64,000 nt of DNA, taken from contig NC_081355.1 in the NCBI RefSeq assembly GCF_030684315.1, positions 5,880,761 through 5,944,760 of the forward strand. Reading direction: 5' to 3'. Of the stretch, positions 25,706 to 40,707 are shown in pieces. The notes below the pieces were generated by a model. The model ran no database searches and was not told the origin of the DNA. It worked only from the letters and a program-made list of their open reading frames with translations. The first letter of the stretch is position 1, and the number at the start of each line of letters is the position of its first letter. Position numbers and translations under genes: made by a program. The DNA is from Stegostoma tigrinum (Eukaryota).

Positions 25706-28076
25706 AGATCTGAACCTGAATTGTTCAATTTATTAGTTTCACTTATTAGTTCGGAGTCACATGTAGGCTGAACTGGATAAAGTTAGTACACTTAGTTTCC
25801 TAAGGAGCAGTAGTAAACCCGATGGCTTTTTACAACAATGTTACTAATCCTGACTTTATATTCCAGGTTTATTAATTGATTATACGTTCCAAGAGTTGCC
25901 GTAGTGGGAATTGAACCTCTGTCCCATGAGCATTAATGTACCTCTGGATCTGTAATACATTGGCATTACCATAATGTCAGCATCTTTCCATGCTGCTCAA
26001 ATTTCTGTTAGTTTGATCTTTGATCATGCTAACATTTTCCATCAATTTATTTGCTGCAAAAGTCGTCATAATGATTCTCTCCTTCCAGGTGTATGGTACC
26101 AAACTGGCACTTATTGACTTGAATCACATTTCAGCTTCTGAAGTATGTTATATAGATTCAAAATCGTGCCACTTTCATGGTTTCTCAAATGTGAAACTGC
26201 AACAAGTCTGATAGTGGAGTGTTCAATTTATTTAGGTAGTATATGGAAATTCAAATGATTTTTGCCCTTTTGAGAAAAGGCTGTATTTCTCAAATGATCT
26301 CATTGCAGAGCTTTCATATTTCATATTTCAGCAATAACCAACTCTGATTTAAACAAAACACAGTAAGCCTTTTGTAATATCAAAGCATTTCAGTCACTCT
26401 AAGACATGAAGAGTTCTCATCTTTTTGATTAGCTTTCTTTGGCAAATCTGGTCTTCACCTTGGGAGGTGTGGTGTCAGTGGGACCTGTATTCGTTGCATG
26501 TTCCATTTGTAGTGTTGTTGTACCTATTTCACTTGCGTAGCCAGACATTGTTGCTTTGGCAACATGAACGTTGCTGGGAAACTGATGGAAGGTAGTCCGC
26601 AATCGCTTCCAACTGTGGTGCCTCAGAATTTGACTGATTCCATACTTGACCCTTGAATTATTATCCTTGTATAATAACATTTAAATGTCATTGAGTGATG
26701 AAGCAATAGTTTACTTCAACTATCCTCCGCGCTCTGCATCTGTTCCTCCATTGGAATAGCATTACAGAGGCTGGATACTTTTTTGTGCATGGAATCAAAA
26801 ATTGTGGAAGTAGTCACCTTGGGCGAATCCTGTGCACCTTCTTGAGGTGAGCTAACAAGGGCATTGGTAGAAGTTGGAAAGTTGATATCTGTCATGCTAC
26901 TTTAGCCAGAATTGGAGAGTATAGACTTGAGAAAAGGAAATGTAGAGAAACATGAGAGAAGTATAAAAGATGACTCATGAAGTGAAGAACAAACTTCTTC
27001 AGTTCTTTTGCTTTGGATAGTTTTTACACCATTTTGTTGTTTAGCCATAACAGTAATGCTACATGAGAAGTAGTATTAAATGCAAATAAAACAACTGATA
27101 ACTGTCAGTTCGTTCAAGTCTCACTCGCAATGCTGCATCACTAGACACTCTTGATGAGAATGAGCAAATTGTTTTTAGGATCAATAATAGTTAACACTAT
27201 TTCTTCTCCTTCATTCATCAGCTAAGAGCATGTTGATCCTAGGGAATGGAATGCAAGTTTGGGTTCAATGTGATGCTGCTTTTTCTCCATAAAGCCATGT
27301 GCTTCAGTCCCAGTCTCCAAAAACCACTGTTTCCTTTTACCTTGATGGTGTTTATTCACTTCCCACACAAGCATCTACAAGCTGATCTGATTACCAATGA
27401 ATGCAAATTTGAGGATAATGCTGTGCTGTCGACCTTTTGGATTGGATTCAAGTTTCTTTAACAAAAGACGCTTGGAGCCTTTCACTCCCTCTGACTGCTT
27501 AGATTTAAGCATGGGCCTGCAAGTATTCAATACAATGCGCTACCAAGTTCTACTCAACTCCCCCCACCTTCTGAAGGGCAATAAATGCTCACCAGCTAGT
27601 GGCAACCAAATCCATGAATGGACTTTTATGAAAAATCAATTTTTTTTAAAAAAAAGCTATCCCTTCTTTTGCTGCAATTGAACATTTACCAATGTTGAAA
27701 TCAGCCATCAGTTTTCGACCATTTTAGATTTTACTCCCTGAAAGGAGTCTCATGGGAAATTGACTAATATTTTACAAATTAGACCCATGTGTGTGGAATT
27801 CTGCAAATAATACTTGGCTGTTCATTTCCTCCTTGGAATAATATTTATTAGTGTAGTTAAGAAATTCAAAGGTTCTGCATTCTTACTAATTACAGTTCCT
27901 AGTTTTGTGCAAAAATGGAATCAAGTCCTCACTTCCTGAAGCTGATAACCATTTTTTTGCTGTACATGTAAAGTGTTTAGACAATTAAAGCCTGCAAGTA
28001 GTTGCCAAGTGAATGGAGATTTGCTCACACTCTAGTGTATTGTTGCAGCCTGGAGTATAATGTGTTGCTTCTGCTT

Positions 28077-28291
28077 AAATAAAACCAAAAGAACTGCGGA
28101 TGCTGTAAATCAGGAACAAAAACAAAGTTGTTGGAGTAGCTCAGCAGGTCTGGCAGCATTTGTGGAGGAGAAAATAGAATTAACGTTCGAGTCCAGTTCT
28201 GAGAAAGGGTCACCGGACCCGAAACATTAACTCCGTTTTCTCCTCCACAGATGCTGCCAGACCTGTTGAGCTTTTCCAACAACTCTGTTTT
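28077..28291. mobile_element. Fold-back Penelope-like family-B element; hammerhead-like core at 28199-28231 (+)
   Basis: ~75-bp inverted arms (cagcaggtctggcagcatttgtggaggagaaaa / ttttctcctccacagatgctgccagacctgttg); core CTGAGAAAGGGTCACCGGACCCGAAACATTAAC. Confidence 0.8.
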
Positions 28292-28424
28292 TGTTGCTTC
28301 ACCTTCCCGATTACAGACCAGTAATGTTGTACAGCTGCAGTCTTGGTGTAAATCACAGATACGCTTGGAAAATTCAACAAAATATTAAGGTTAAATTTTA
28401 ACACCCATCCCTTTTTCTTGATAG

Positions 28425-28514
28425 ATCGAGCTGGCAGTATAAGCACCTTAGATTCTTTGGATTTTGCTCGGTATTCTGATGATGGTAATCGGGAGACTGA
28501 TGAACGCGTGGCAG
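28425..28514 (+). CDS. RELCH: RELCH exon 2 (NRAGSISTLDSLDFARYSDDGNRETDERVA)
   Basis: Recognised RELCH peptide; gatag| and |gtaagc; 90 nt, phase 1-1. Confidence 0.96.
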
Positions 28515-29134
28515 GTAAGCACTGTCTTTCATGTTCTGGCATAAACAAGTGCAAGATTCTTCTGATGTTGTATTTTTTCAGAATCTTTGTAAATGTGGAA
28601 AAATTATTGAATCCGATTTTAAGGCTGGACAAATCTCTTATTTTTGCAAATTTTACCCTGAAGTTTGCTGAAGGGATTTCTATTTGATTACAATTTCAAT
28701 TGTGTCGTAAGTACTGTCCCACCCCCATTATCGTATCACCCCCCCCCCCCCGCCACTTTTCAATGTTATGAATATTTCCTTTTCAGACTTTAATTGCAAT
28801 GTAGAAATAAAAATCAGCAGTCGGTAGAGTTTAGATCTAAAAGTAAACCACATGAGATGATGGCCTGACTAGGAAAGTCATGAATCTTACTTTCAACTTG
28901 GAGTTTGCTATTGCTCTGTCATTAACTGACAAGGTCAGGTTTGAGGGAGGAGAACTGGCTGACCAACCCTTTAGGTCTCCAGCCTTGTTTCTATTGGTTG
29001 AACAAAGAACATTTGCGTGAATAGAAAAAGGTGAAATAGAAAAATGAAATTGCTGAAGAGAAAAATTTAGTGCAACTGCATACAGCTCATGAAAACATAT
29101 CCATTTTTTACAGGACATATGGGGAGGCAATACA

Positions 29135-29480
29135 GGGAGGTATTACTGGTGGACTGTTAATCCAGAGACCTAGGTAACGTTCTGGGCACCTAGGTTCAAA
29201 TCCTGCCATGGCAGATGATGGAATTTGAATTCGATAAATATCTGGAATTAAGAGTCTAGTGATGACCATAAAACCACTGTCAATTGCCAGAAAAACCCAT
29301 CTGGCTCGCTAACGGCCTTTAGAGAAGGACATTGCCATTCTTACCCGGTCTGGCATACGTGTCACTCCAGACCCATACTATGTGGTTGACTTATAACTAC
29401 TGTCTGGGCAATTACGGATGAGCAATAAATGCCGCTTAGCCAACAACACCCTCATTCCCATGAATGAATAAAAAAAACAA
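29135..29480 (+). mobile_element. tRNA-derived SINE with LF-SINE-like 3' region
   Basis: B-box-like ggttcaaatcc; aaacccatctgg...ccggtctggc...actccagaccca...gggcaatta...tail; copies at 44750-45065(+), 57980-58300(-), 25745-25980(-). Confidence 0.65.
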
Positions 29481-32400
29481 ACATTTTGAGTAAAGGTGTA
29501 GTCTAAATATAATTTTAAATTTTGGAGATATGGTGCTGTCGAGTAATAAGAACATGGCCTGGAAAATAAACCGTGACAATTGTAACACCCATAGGAAGGA
29601 ATACTTGGGGAAAAGTTGAACACCAGAATTGTATTCTGCGCTGAAAAGATGAAGCACATTTGCATGTTCTAGAATATAGTGCATTGAACTAATATATTGG
29701 ACTTTAGCATTCAGTGTTCAAGTGAATCTCATGTCCAATTTTAGTTGTGTGAATATAAAAGGGGAAAAAATGGGACACTATGCCACAAGAGCTTCTGGGG
29801 AGATGACAAGATTGTCTACTAGTTAATCACTTATGACTAATTATACCTCCGGACTGCGCACAGTGCTTAGGATTTAATGAATATCCCAATGATCATATTG
29901 CATGGTAGAGCAGCCAAAAAGACTGAATGGCCTATATGTATTCTTATTTTCTATGCTTCTATAAGCTGTCTAGTTTTTTGATTTGGCAAGATTGCTGAAC
30001 TGTGCAATTTGTAAATTGTTAACTGTAACCAATTCTTTCTAGTCCTTTGAGATATCAAGTGTTATAACATTTAATGACAGTGCAGCTGGGGTTCAACTTG
30101 TGTGACATTAGTTTCTGACAACAGCATGACGAATTTGATGTTTTTATTTCCAGGATAGCTGAAATAAGGATTTGTCCAGCCAAGTATTGTGTATTTTGTT
30201 TCCAAACAAGGTAGCAGTCGCTTGGTTTGAAACTTAAGGCAAACTTCGTTTTGGGGCATAAAACATTTCATTTCTGTCCTTAACCCTTAGCAGAAATTTA
30301 TTCTTGTTGTTCAAGAAATCAAATTTAACCTTGCAAACACAGAATATTTAAAGAGACGCTACATTTACTTTGAAGTGTTGCACTCTGAAACAAGTGTGGA
30401 ATTGAATTGCCAGCTGACAGGGCACGCTCACTGACTTCTGTGGCTCAAGGCCTTCTTGATAAGTTGTGGGCAAAGTGTGTCATTGCTGAATCTGAACAGC
30501 TGACAGCTGCTCTGCTCCACTTCATTTGTTTCTTTGCACCAAAGTTAAAGCCATTACTTTGCATCAAGTTACAGAAATTTCAATAATCTTTGTCACATAA
30601 ATATTAGGCAAAAGGGTGCAATGGTTCTGAAGAGGAATTTCAATCTATTATTTGATTTCATTATTTAAGTTAGGACTCTAAGCTCATGCAAGTTCTGTCA
30701 GTAAATCTAACTGAAGACATTTTCAAAGCTCCAAATATGTCCTGCAACATCACTGCAAATGGGCTGCAACTGCAGAGAAAGTTCACATTTTTAGTTGGAA
30801 GTGTTACTTCCCCAAGTTGAAATGAGGGGTGTTAGATTGAGAGAACAAAATGTAGAGCTGGATGAACACAGCAGGCCGAGCAGGAAGGCTGACGTTGATC
30901 TTACTCTCCAGTGTAGATTTGTAGTCAGCATAGTTTACCTAATTATACCATGTGCCACCTACAGTAGCATTCTGAGTTCCTGATGGGCAGGTCTTGCACA
31001 GCTGGCTGCAGCTGTGAGTTTGAACTGCAAAGATTCCCCAAACCCAACAATCAAAGGACTTGACTTTCATCCAGTTTTGGGACTGCATTTAGTGGATCAA
31101 GACACTTTTACTTTGGACCGCCAAAACCTGAGATCCAGAGCCTCAAGCTGGTAGGGTTTGTGAGAGTTGGATGTAGTGTGAAGTCCAGTCAGATTGCTTA
31201 TAGCAGTTTCTAGCAGCACCTCAGTGCTGGGATGGTGACAGATAAACAGTTCAATAGCTGGAGGCTTTGGAATCTAAATGAGGTAAACCGTAATCAAGAG
31301 CAAGTAGGAATTGGCACTGGAACAACCTTGCTGGCTGGACTGTTCCATTTGTCTGCTGAGAACAGCAGGGGAGAGATGGTGCCAGGAATTTGGAATTTGA
31401 CGTAGACTTTCACCAAACAGGGGCACGCATTCTAATAATTTTGGTGATAACATACGTTCTGTAAAGTGTCTTCTGCTTTAACCTTGTTTATTGCCCATAG
31501 ACAATTATGGTGCGGGTGGGCAAGGGAGGGCCGAAAGCTGTTAACTTTAAACGATCTATAATGCAAGATAAGTATCTTGGGATCACAAGTGTACCAGAAC
31601 TGAGCTCAAAAAGCCTTTGCAATTAAAGCTTTGTTTATGTTGATATTTGGCTGTTGGCTTGAATGAGAGCAGGTCTGTGGGAAAGCTTTCTTTATCCAAA
31701 CATTTTTGTTACAGGTAGGAGCTACTTTTTTTAAGCACATCTCTCTCAACTTCAGTTCTTTTGAGCATTGAACAGCCCTGGTTCCTGTTCCAAATGGAAA
31801 CATTTGCAAGTGTGACATTCTTTAAACCCTTGTGTAGAGCAATTGTAGACAAATTGGAAGACTGCGTAAATTATGCTACAGGCCTGACATTTCTAGCAGG
31901 TTTATTTCTCAATGATTAGAATTCATTTGGGGCATGTTATGTGTAAGCCTAATCTAGTCATTGCAAAAATATACGCATATATAGCACAGAAATCATGATC
32001 ATGGAGGTGCAATTTGTATTTCTCTACAGGCCGAAATTAAAAATCAATCTAATGCTGTGTGATATAAATGTCTGATACTTCACTTTTCCTGAGGTTGCTT
32101 TAAACTGTTTATATTTACTATTAGTGTAGTAAAATGAACAAGAGAGCGAGCTATATTTCACAGGGCACATATGAAAAGAAGCTGGTGGTTCCATGTTTAA
32201 ACTAGCAACATGTGCAAAGGTGCCTCAGTACATATCAGTTGTTGCTGTAACCTGATCTCATGATCCCTTTTCTGTTTCACAAGTATTATGTTTCTTATGT
32301 GCCTATAGTTCATTGATGCTAAACCTTGTTGTTTACATTCTCCTCCATTTGTGGAATTCAGTAGTTTCTTTCCTTTTCCATTCATTTGAATTAGATGTTC

Positions 32401-33004
32401 TGCACTGTTGATCTGCATTATTGGGACAATAGTAAAAATCTAAACTTTACAAAAAACATCTAGCTGTTCAGCACTGTGTATTATATAGAATTTTGTACTA
32501 CTTAGAATTTAAGATATGGGGAAGGGGAGTGGCCATCCCTACCCTTAATACTACTTGAATTTTTAATTGAAAGTGCAGAGACAGTAGTTGACCAACAGCA
32601 TTCCATTGTTCTAGTTCCAAAACTCAAACCCAACATATAGCAGCTGCTTCACTCATTGATTCCACACAGCAGTGCATCTGGGTTTGGGCTTGAGTGAACT
32701 AAAAGGATAGTGCAGCACACAGGTTCTCTCATATACTCCCTATTACTAATTAAATAGCATTTCTTTTAATTTCTACATTTTTAGTTTTATTTTCCATTCA
32801 AACGAAAGAATTAGGGACCGAGCAACTGCAAATCTGCTGATTCAGTGATTTTCTTGAAAGTGCTTTAATTGCAATTTCCAAGTTGCCGTTTAGTTGATGA
32901 ACGTGAAAGTTGTGGAACTGTTCAATAATTGAAAGTAACAGCTAACTAAAGCCAGAGCTTTTTTTTAAAAAAGCAGAACCATAATCCAGGTTCCTGATTG
33001 TTGT

Positions 33005-33365
33005 CATTGATCTTAGTTGATAGCACTCTCTCCTGTTTTAAAAGATAATGGATTCAAGTCCCACTTCAGGGCTTGAGTACAAAATTCAGAAGCTTTACTG
33101 CAATACTGAGAGTATCAGAGATCAGCAAAACAACAAATCCGATGGCACTATTTGGAAGAAGAGCAAGGAATTTATCTATCACCCAAATAACATCCTAAAG
33201 TAGACTATTTGGTTATCATCACGTTGATATTAGTCAGGGCTCACTATATGCAAATTGACTTCTAAGTTGCCTGCATTACAACAGTGACTACACTTCAAGG
33301 AAAAATTGGCAGTGAAATGTCAAGATATCCTGTGAAAAGCACCAAATGCAGGTTTTTTTTCTTGT
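33005..33365 (+). mobile_element. DeuSINE copy (degenerate)
   Basis: atggcactatttggaagaagagca and cattacaacagtgactacacttca blocks. Confidence 0.65.
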
Positions 33366-35754
33366 GGGAAATCATATACCTCCGAATATTGGAAGCATTT
33401 GCAATTTGACTGTAAATTTACTTTCTCTCCCACACTTCCCAGGCAAATATAAATGACAGGGTATTTATTGTAAGTACTACTTATGAGAAATAAAACTTAT
33501 AAAACACTGAAAATTGGAAGTATTCTGCTTTAACATCAAGTAGTGAATTAAAATCAACTGATTTAATCTTTAAAGTTGACTAACTTTTTTGAATTGTTAG
33601 AATTGATTTGTTTTGATCTTCTCCTTTTTTCAAACCCTCTTCCATTCCAAAGACTGATTCCACCATGGACTAGCAAAATAAAAGATTGAAAACTTGCAAT
33701 ATTAATGAAGGGAGTTTAAAGGATATTCCGAATTTCTGGTGATGAATGACTGTATGAAAACGAAAGAAAACATGAATACCCCGACTCTTTTGTAAATGTG
33801 ACTGTTAGGAGACTCCTGATATGAAATTCCCGTAGGCCAGTGTACATCAATGACACTTTGTATAGATGCAAACTTTACAAGAAATTTCAAAAATTTGAAA
33901 TATTCCATATATTGAAAATTCTTGTTAAGTACTTCAGGATGGTTTCAGTTAAGTTAAAATTTCACACAAGCAATAATTTGAGCTAATTCAGGGTTGGGGT
34001 GTCTTTCATTTTATCTGGTGGTTCTAATCGGACATCCTGGCACTTGGCGTGGGCAACAGTCAGGAAGAGGTATTTAGACAGCGTCGTAATTGGTTTGCAT
34101 TTCACCTTTCAAAGGTAAATCACAAGGTCTTGTATCAAGTCTCAACTGGCAACATATCTGCTACCATGTTGATCCTCATCATGATTAAATATGTCAGCAA
34201 GAGTCATACGTGTACTTCAGGACCCTCTTATAAAGTGTGTGGAAAGTTGACTGGAGCATTTTCAAGCTCCAAATTGTCTTGCAGTTTGACTGTAGCCTGA
34301 ACAGTGCATCTAAAGGGACTACTAGAGAGTGTTATGGAAACATAACGGAATGAATTCCTTGCCTATCTCCACTACAACTTACCTGATGGCCATTACCAAT
34401 CTGTACACTCATTTTCTGCAACATTTTCTACTCCCTGTCAACTTTTTTTCCTTCCCACTATCTCTCATCAAACTTCAACCAAACTAACTCTAACTTCTCC
34501 AATCCTCAAAACCATGTCATTGGTAGCAGTGTTCCAAAGTACTCCAATATCATATTGTTCAGTGTGATTTGGATAATGTTCACATCTTGGAGAATAGCAG
34601 TGCTTTTGGTTTGTTTACCTTGTGCGTGTACAAGGGAAAAGTTTCCAAAAATACATTTGCTGAGGCTGGAGCTGGTAATTTCAAGCTAACGTTACATTGA
34701 CTCAACCAGCCAGAAACTTTCCTGCCATATGAGGAATATGGCCGGAGTGATAACCTTTCTGTTTTACAACTTGTAAAAATTACATCTCATTGGCTTTAGG
34801 AAAATCAGGTAAATGCTATCACAAGCAAATAACAACTTACATCTATAAAGCACTTTTAACACAGCAAACTCCCAACACTCGACCCAAGAACATTTATGCA
34901 GTTCTGTTTGAAACATTCAGTAATGAAATAATATAATAGTTGAGCAGAAATTTCGTTAAGTATGTGGATTTTTTGAATACCTTAAAGGAGGAAAGAGAGG
35001 CAGAGAGGTCTAAAGAAGGAATTCTAGAGGTTAGACTCAGCCAACTGAAGATACCAATGGTGGGGAATGTATCTCAATTTCTGGTCCTCCTTTGTTTCCA
35101 GTAGAGTTTGCAGGATTGAAATAAAGCTGATGTTAATTTCTAAAGGTAGTCATAGTGACTAAGTATTTCCAAATCAACTGGTCTCTATTCCATTTTTGAA
35201 AAGTGGATTAAGTGACCAGTTTTCAGTTGGTGTCAGCATTGATGCAAAGTTCTCTTGCTGTGATGGAACGGCATGAATGGAACTGCAAGAAAGAACGAAA
35301 GAGATGATTGATCACTAAGTAACCTTTAGGACTGAACAGCGTCCAGAAAAGCAGGTGTGATCTTCCAATCTCCAATCACTATTTGCACCCCATATGTTGT
35401 GGTATCTGCAGATCAACAATGCTTTAGAATACTGTGTAGCCTATGCTTGTATCTCTATCAGCTCTTGAATCTGTGCATACATAATATTATGTCAGCACAT
35501 TTCAAGACGAAATTAGATTTGTTTTGTTTTTGATCCAAACTGAAATTTTATCATGATTTGTTGGCAATTATAAACTGTGTGAATTTTTTTCCATACTGTA
35601 TTTTTCTTTAGGCAATGTTTTTAATTTTTGCTTTTAAAGATGTCAGTTAAATGTAACACAGATGTGGTTGACAGGAGTTTAATATCAATAGAGCCATGAA
35701 CAATACTTTTTTTTGCAGGAGAGGTGGGGGAAAAACATCTTGGTAGCCTTTCAG

Positions 35755-36145
35755 AGATAACAAGGTGTAAGGCTGGATGATCACAGTAGGCCAAGCAGCA
35801 TCAGAAGAGCAGGAAAGCTGATGTTTTGGGCCTCGACCCTCCTCCGGAAGGGGGGATTCTGAAATAAATAGGGGAGAGGGGGAGGCAGATGGAAGATGGA
35901 TAGAGGAGAAGATAGACAGGCCAAAGGCAGGATTTGTCTGTCTCCTCTCCACCTATCTTCTCCTCTATCCGCCTCCCCCCTCCCTGTTTCTTTGAGAACC
36001 CCCCCCCTTCCCCTTGCCCATTTCTGAAGAAGGGCGTAGGCCTGAAACGTCAGCTTTCCTGCTCCTGTGATGCTGCTTGGCCTGCTGTGTTCATCCAGCT
36101 ATACGCTGTGTTATCTCAGATTCTCCATCATCTGCAGTCCCTACT
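35755..36145. mobile_element. Fold-back Penelope-like family-A element; hammerhead core at 36024-36054 (+)
   Basis: Inverted arms; ATCTTGGTA(G/A)CCTTTCAG duplicated at 35737-35754 and 36146-36163. Confidence 0.82.
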
Positions 36146-38559
36146 ATCTTGGTAACCTTTCAGTTGTGATTATGTGCAATGGAAATCCCTGACACTGTAG
36201 TTATACTTGGGTATTAATTGATGCAGACAGATTGTCTTTTCTCATTCATTGTATGGTCTTGCAGTTGAGTTATCTTCAGGCACCTGTTGTGCAACAGAAA
36301 ATATTTAAAGAATCCACACCGAATGACTGCTAACTGGTATTTGCAGTGTTTCAGTCAAATAAAATCTTTTCAGTGTGTAAGATTGATGGCCCTGTTGTGT
36401 ATTATGCACAGGGACATGTATTGCTGTTCCATTAGGTATTTTGGCCAGGACTTCTTGCTCAATTGCATTTTTTTAAAATCAGTCTCTACATGGTGTAACC
36501 CATTCAAAGAATTACGGAATTTTGAGTGTAATTCACGTTTTTACAGTCCTGTGCACTGCTTTTAAAGACAGCTCACTAAAAGCTGATTTTGTGGTCACAG
36601 CTCCCAGGGTGAAGCCATCTATTTGGCTGCAGGCATTTGAGGAAGTTCCAAAAATTCAACTGAAACCTTTGGGGACTTGAACTGTATAAATTGTGTTTTC
36701 AATTTAATTATTTCTTTATGTTTGCTAAGGAGTTGAATGCTGTGCTCTGAGTTGAGGGGAAAATAGGCTTTTTTATGTGAACTATTTTTGGTGATTTTTT
36801 TTTAAAATGCGTACATTTCATGAAATCCATTTTATTACAATATTAATCAACCTTTACCAAGTTACTCCTCTATAAAATGTAAAGTAGTAATTTTGAAAAA
36901 CAATTAAAACAATTGGGCCAATTGGAGCATAGCCTTCTCCATGATTTATCATGAGTCTTGTTCTTTGTCACACACCCTTTCTCAGAGACGCAATAAGATG
37001 TTTTACCTTGCTTTGTGATTAGAATCAATGGTTTTAGAGTAATCAGCAAGCTTCTAGCTGGTATTCAGTACCTATTACCAATTTGCAAACATCATTTAAT
37101 TGATACCCACAAAGAATTCATTGTCACACAGTGACTTGTAAAAAGATTATTTCTGTGCAACAAAAACATATTTGCATTAAATTGTAAACCGTTTAATATG
37201 ATAGCTGAAAATTATAAAGTTAATGGAAAAATGACCTCGAGCTAGGGGCTCCCAATTGCTGTTTCTTGTGATGCTGTAAATTGTAAGATGTATCTTCAGT
37301 CATGGCGGGGAAGATACAAGTACATAGCAAACTGACAGAATAGAGCTCACAATTCAGCATATAGAAGGCAGCAGTATTTCATGACAAAATTAAATTTGCA
37401 TTTCCATAGCAACTTGAATATGCAGTCTTATATCCTGGAAGAGAATGTGCCACAAAATGGAGTATGATATACCATGTCCTACTCATGAATGACTGATGCA
37501 TAGCAACCTGCTGCCAGAATAAATCTTTCAGAAGAAAATGTGTTGTTTAAATCCTTTAGAATAGATGGTATCAACTACAAAATCTACCCTGATAATGCCA
37601 GAATGAGGATGCAAGTGCTACCACTATGCTTTAACCAGCATGTAGCCAATTGCAATCTGTTAGATCCATAACCAACAGTGAAAGCAAAGAGACTTCAGCG
37701 GAAGTTAACTTGGACTAAGTTTGAAAACACTGAGCTTTCCCTTTCTGGTTCCCGAAAGCCCATGCACCTAAAGCTGAAAACTAGACCAGAAATTTAAAAA
37801 TGCACTTTCGGAATGGTGACACAGTATGTTCACAGGATTTGTTAGTTATACCTACCTTCCTTGACCTGCCATGCTCACCAGTGTATTACATATGAATATA
37901 GAGCAGAAGTCTACTTCTAGCTGTCCAAATGAAAACAGAAGTTGGTGAAATTACCCATCACTTTCAGAATTCCCACTCGTCCTTGAAGATTTTAGTGATT
38001 AGAAAATTAGCGAAAACTGCAGTTTCCAAAACACGGCACAGTGTTGTTTAAAATGCATGACACTGGAGCCAGTACCATTGCTACTAATACATAGAGCCTG
38101 TTCAGTTCAAGAAAGAGTGACAGTGTGCCATTGTACTAGTCCTATAAAATTAAGAACGTCTATTTAGTAGCAGTAATTATAAACAGGGTCACGTGTTCTC
38201 CAAATGAAGATGCTCATTGTGAAATGTTTCTGTGTTGTGTTGTGAGTGCTCACCTTTTATTTAGGATTGCTATAAAGGAACACTTTGTTTCACTGTTTCT
38301 ACTTTTGCCATTTCTGCTGTAGTTATACCTACTGGGATAATCTGTAATGTATTTCAAATATCTTACTCAGCTTTTCGTAGCATCTTTGTTCTTTTGTCTG
38401 CTTGAAACTTGATTTTAATTCCCTTTAATTTTTGTAGTAGTTGCCAATAGTTGCTGTAGGGATTAAGTGTAACTGCTTACTACTTGATGCTTCAGTATTT
38501 TTTCTTGTACAATTTTAACCAGGATAATTTTTTTTCTCCGTGAACGTATGGACATGTAT

Positions 38560-39239
38560 GTATGGAACCAGAGGAGACGGGCGAGGTCCTCAATGAATAT
38601 TTCTCCTCTGTTTACTGTGGAGAAGACATGAAGACTTGAGAACTTGGGAAAGTTAGTGGTGATATTTTAGGGATAGTCCATATTGCAGTAGAGGAGACAT
38701 TGGACGTTTTATAATGTATGAAGGTGGATAAATTTGGCCCTGACCAGATATATCCTCAAACCCTACACGAGGCTAAAGAAGAAATTGCTGGGGCAGCGGA
38801 TGTATTTACATTGTTGTTAGCCATGGGTGAGGCCCTGGAAGACTGGAGGATAGGAGGATAGTGAATTTTGGGCCCTTATTCAAGAAGGGCTGCAAAGAAA
38901 TACCTGGGAACTAAAAAACTAGTAAGCTCAACATCAGTAGTAGGTAATTTACTTGAGAAGATGCTGAGGAATAAGATATCAATGCATTTGGAAGGATAAG
39001 GATCGATTAGGAGTAATTAGCATGGCTTTGTGTGTGGGAGATCATGCCTTCACAAATTTGTTAGAGTTTTTTTAATGTGACCACGAATGTTGGTGAGGTG
39101 AGGGCAGGGCAGTAAATGTGGATTTCAGTAAGGCCTTTGATACCACATAGTAGGCTGCGAGAGAAGGTAAAATCGCATGAGATCCAGGGAGAGCTGGCAA
39201 GTTGGCTTGATGGTAGGAAGCAGAGAGTAGTACTGGAAG
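38560..39239 (+). mobile_element. Old CR1 fragment (3' remainder probably 40708-41080)
   Basis: Degenerate LNEYFSSVFT / QHGF / DFSKAFD-like remnants. Confidence 0.75.
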
Positions 39240-40707
39240 GAGCCTTTGGCATTGATCTTTAATTCATCTTTGTCTACAGGAATAGTGCCAGACGATTGGA
39301 GGATAGCAAATGTGGTTCCCCTGTTCAAGAAGGGGAGTAGAGACATCCCTGGTAATTATAGACCAGTGAGCCTTACCTCCAGTTGTTGGTAAAGTGTTGG
39401 AAAAGGTTATAAGGGATAGGATTTATAATCATCTAGAAAAGAATAAATTGATTAGGGATAGTCAGCACGGTTTTGTGAAGGGAAGGCCGTGCCTCACAAA
39501 CCTTATTGAGTTCTTTGAGAAGGTGACCAAACAGGTAGACGAGAGTAAACCGGGTGATGTGGTGTATATGGATTTCAGCAAGGCATTCGATAAAGTTCCC
39601 TACAGTAGGCTATTGTACAAAATGTGGAGGAATGGGATTGTGGGAGATATAGCAGTTTGGATCAGAAACTGGCTTGCTGAAAGAAGACAGGGTGGTAGTT
39701 GATGGGAAATGTTCATCCTGGAGACCAGTTACTAGTGGTGTACGGCAAGGGTCGGTGTTGGGTCCACTGCTGTTTGTCAGTTTTATAAATGACCTGGTTG
39801 AGGGCATAGAAGGATGGGTTAGTAAATTTGCAGATGACACTAAGGTGGGTGGAGTTGTGGATAGTGACGAAGGATGCTGTAGGTTGCAGAGAGACATAGA
39901 CAAGCTGCAGAGCTGGGCTGAGAGGTGGCAAATGGAGTTTAATGCAGACAAGTGCGAGGTGATGCACTTTGGTAGGAGTAACCGGAAGGCAAAGTACTGG
40001 GCTAATGGTAAGATTCTTGGTAGTGTAGATGAGCAGAGAGATCTCGGTGTCCATGTACACAGATCCTTGAAAGTTGCCACCCAGGTTGACAGGGCTGTTT
40101 AGAAGCATACAGTGTTTTAGCTTTTATCAATAGAGCGATCGAGTTCTGGAACCAAGAGGTTATGCTGCAGCTGTACAAAACTGTGGTGTGGCCGCACTTG
40201 GAGTATTGCGTACAGTTCTGGTCACTGCATTATAAGAAGGATGTGGAAGCTTTGGAAAGGGTACAGAGGAGATTTACTAGGATGTTGCCTGGTATGGAGG
40301 GAAGGTCTTACGAGGAAAGGCTGAGGGACTTGAGGCTGTTTTCGTTAGAGAAGAAGGTTGAGAGGTGACTTAATTGAAACATATAAAATAATCAGAGAGT
40401 TAGAGTGGATCGGGAGAGCCTTTTTCCTAGGATGGTGACAGCGAGCACGAGCGGGGATAGCCTTAAATTGAGGGGTGAAAGATATAGGACAGATGTCAGG
40501 TAGTTTCTCAGTAGTAAGGGAATGGAACGCTTTGCCTGCAATGGTAGTAGATTTGCCAACTTTAGGTACATTTAAGTCGTCATTGGACGAGCATATGGAC
40601 GTACGTGGAATAGTGTAAATTAGATGGGCTTGAGATCGGTATGACAGGTCAGCACAACATCGAGAGCCGAAGGGCCTGTACTGTGCTGTAATATTCTCTG
40701 TTCTATG
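39240..40707 (+). mobile_element. Younger 5'-truncated CR1 LINE
   Basis: QHGFVKGR, YMDFSKAFDKV, GVRQGSVLGPLLF and KFADDTK motifs, frameshifted; TTCTATG tail. Confidence 0.93.

Noticed and set aside
26420-26900. Coding-like segment (ORF 26429-26680), possibly a transposase relic
   Set aside because: No recognisable motif in any frame I translated; needs a BLASTX/HMM search
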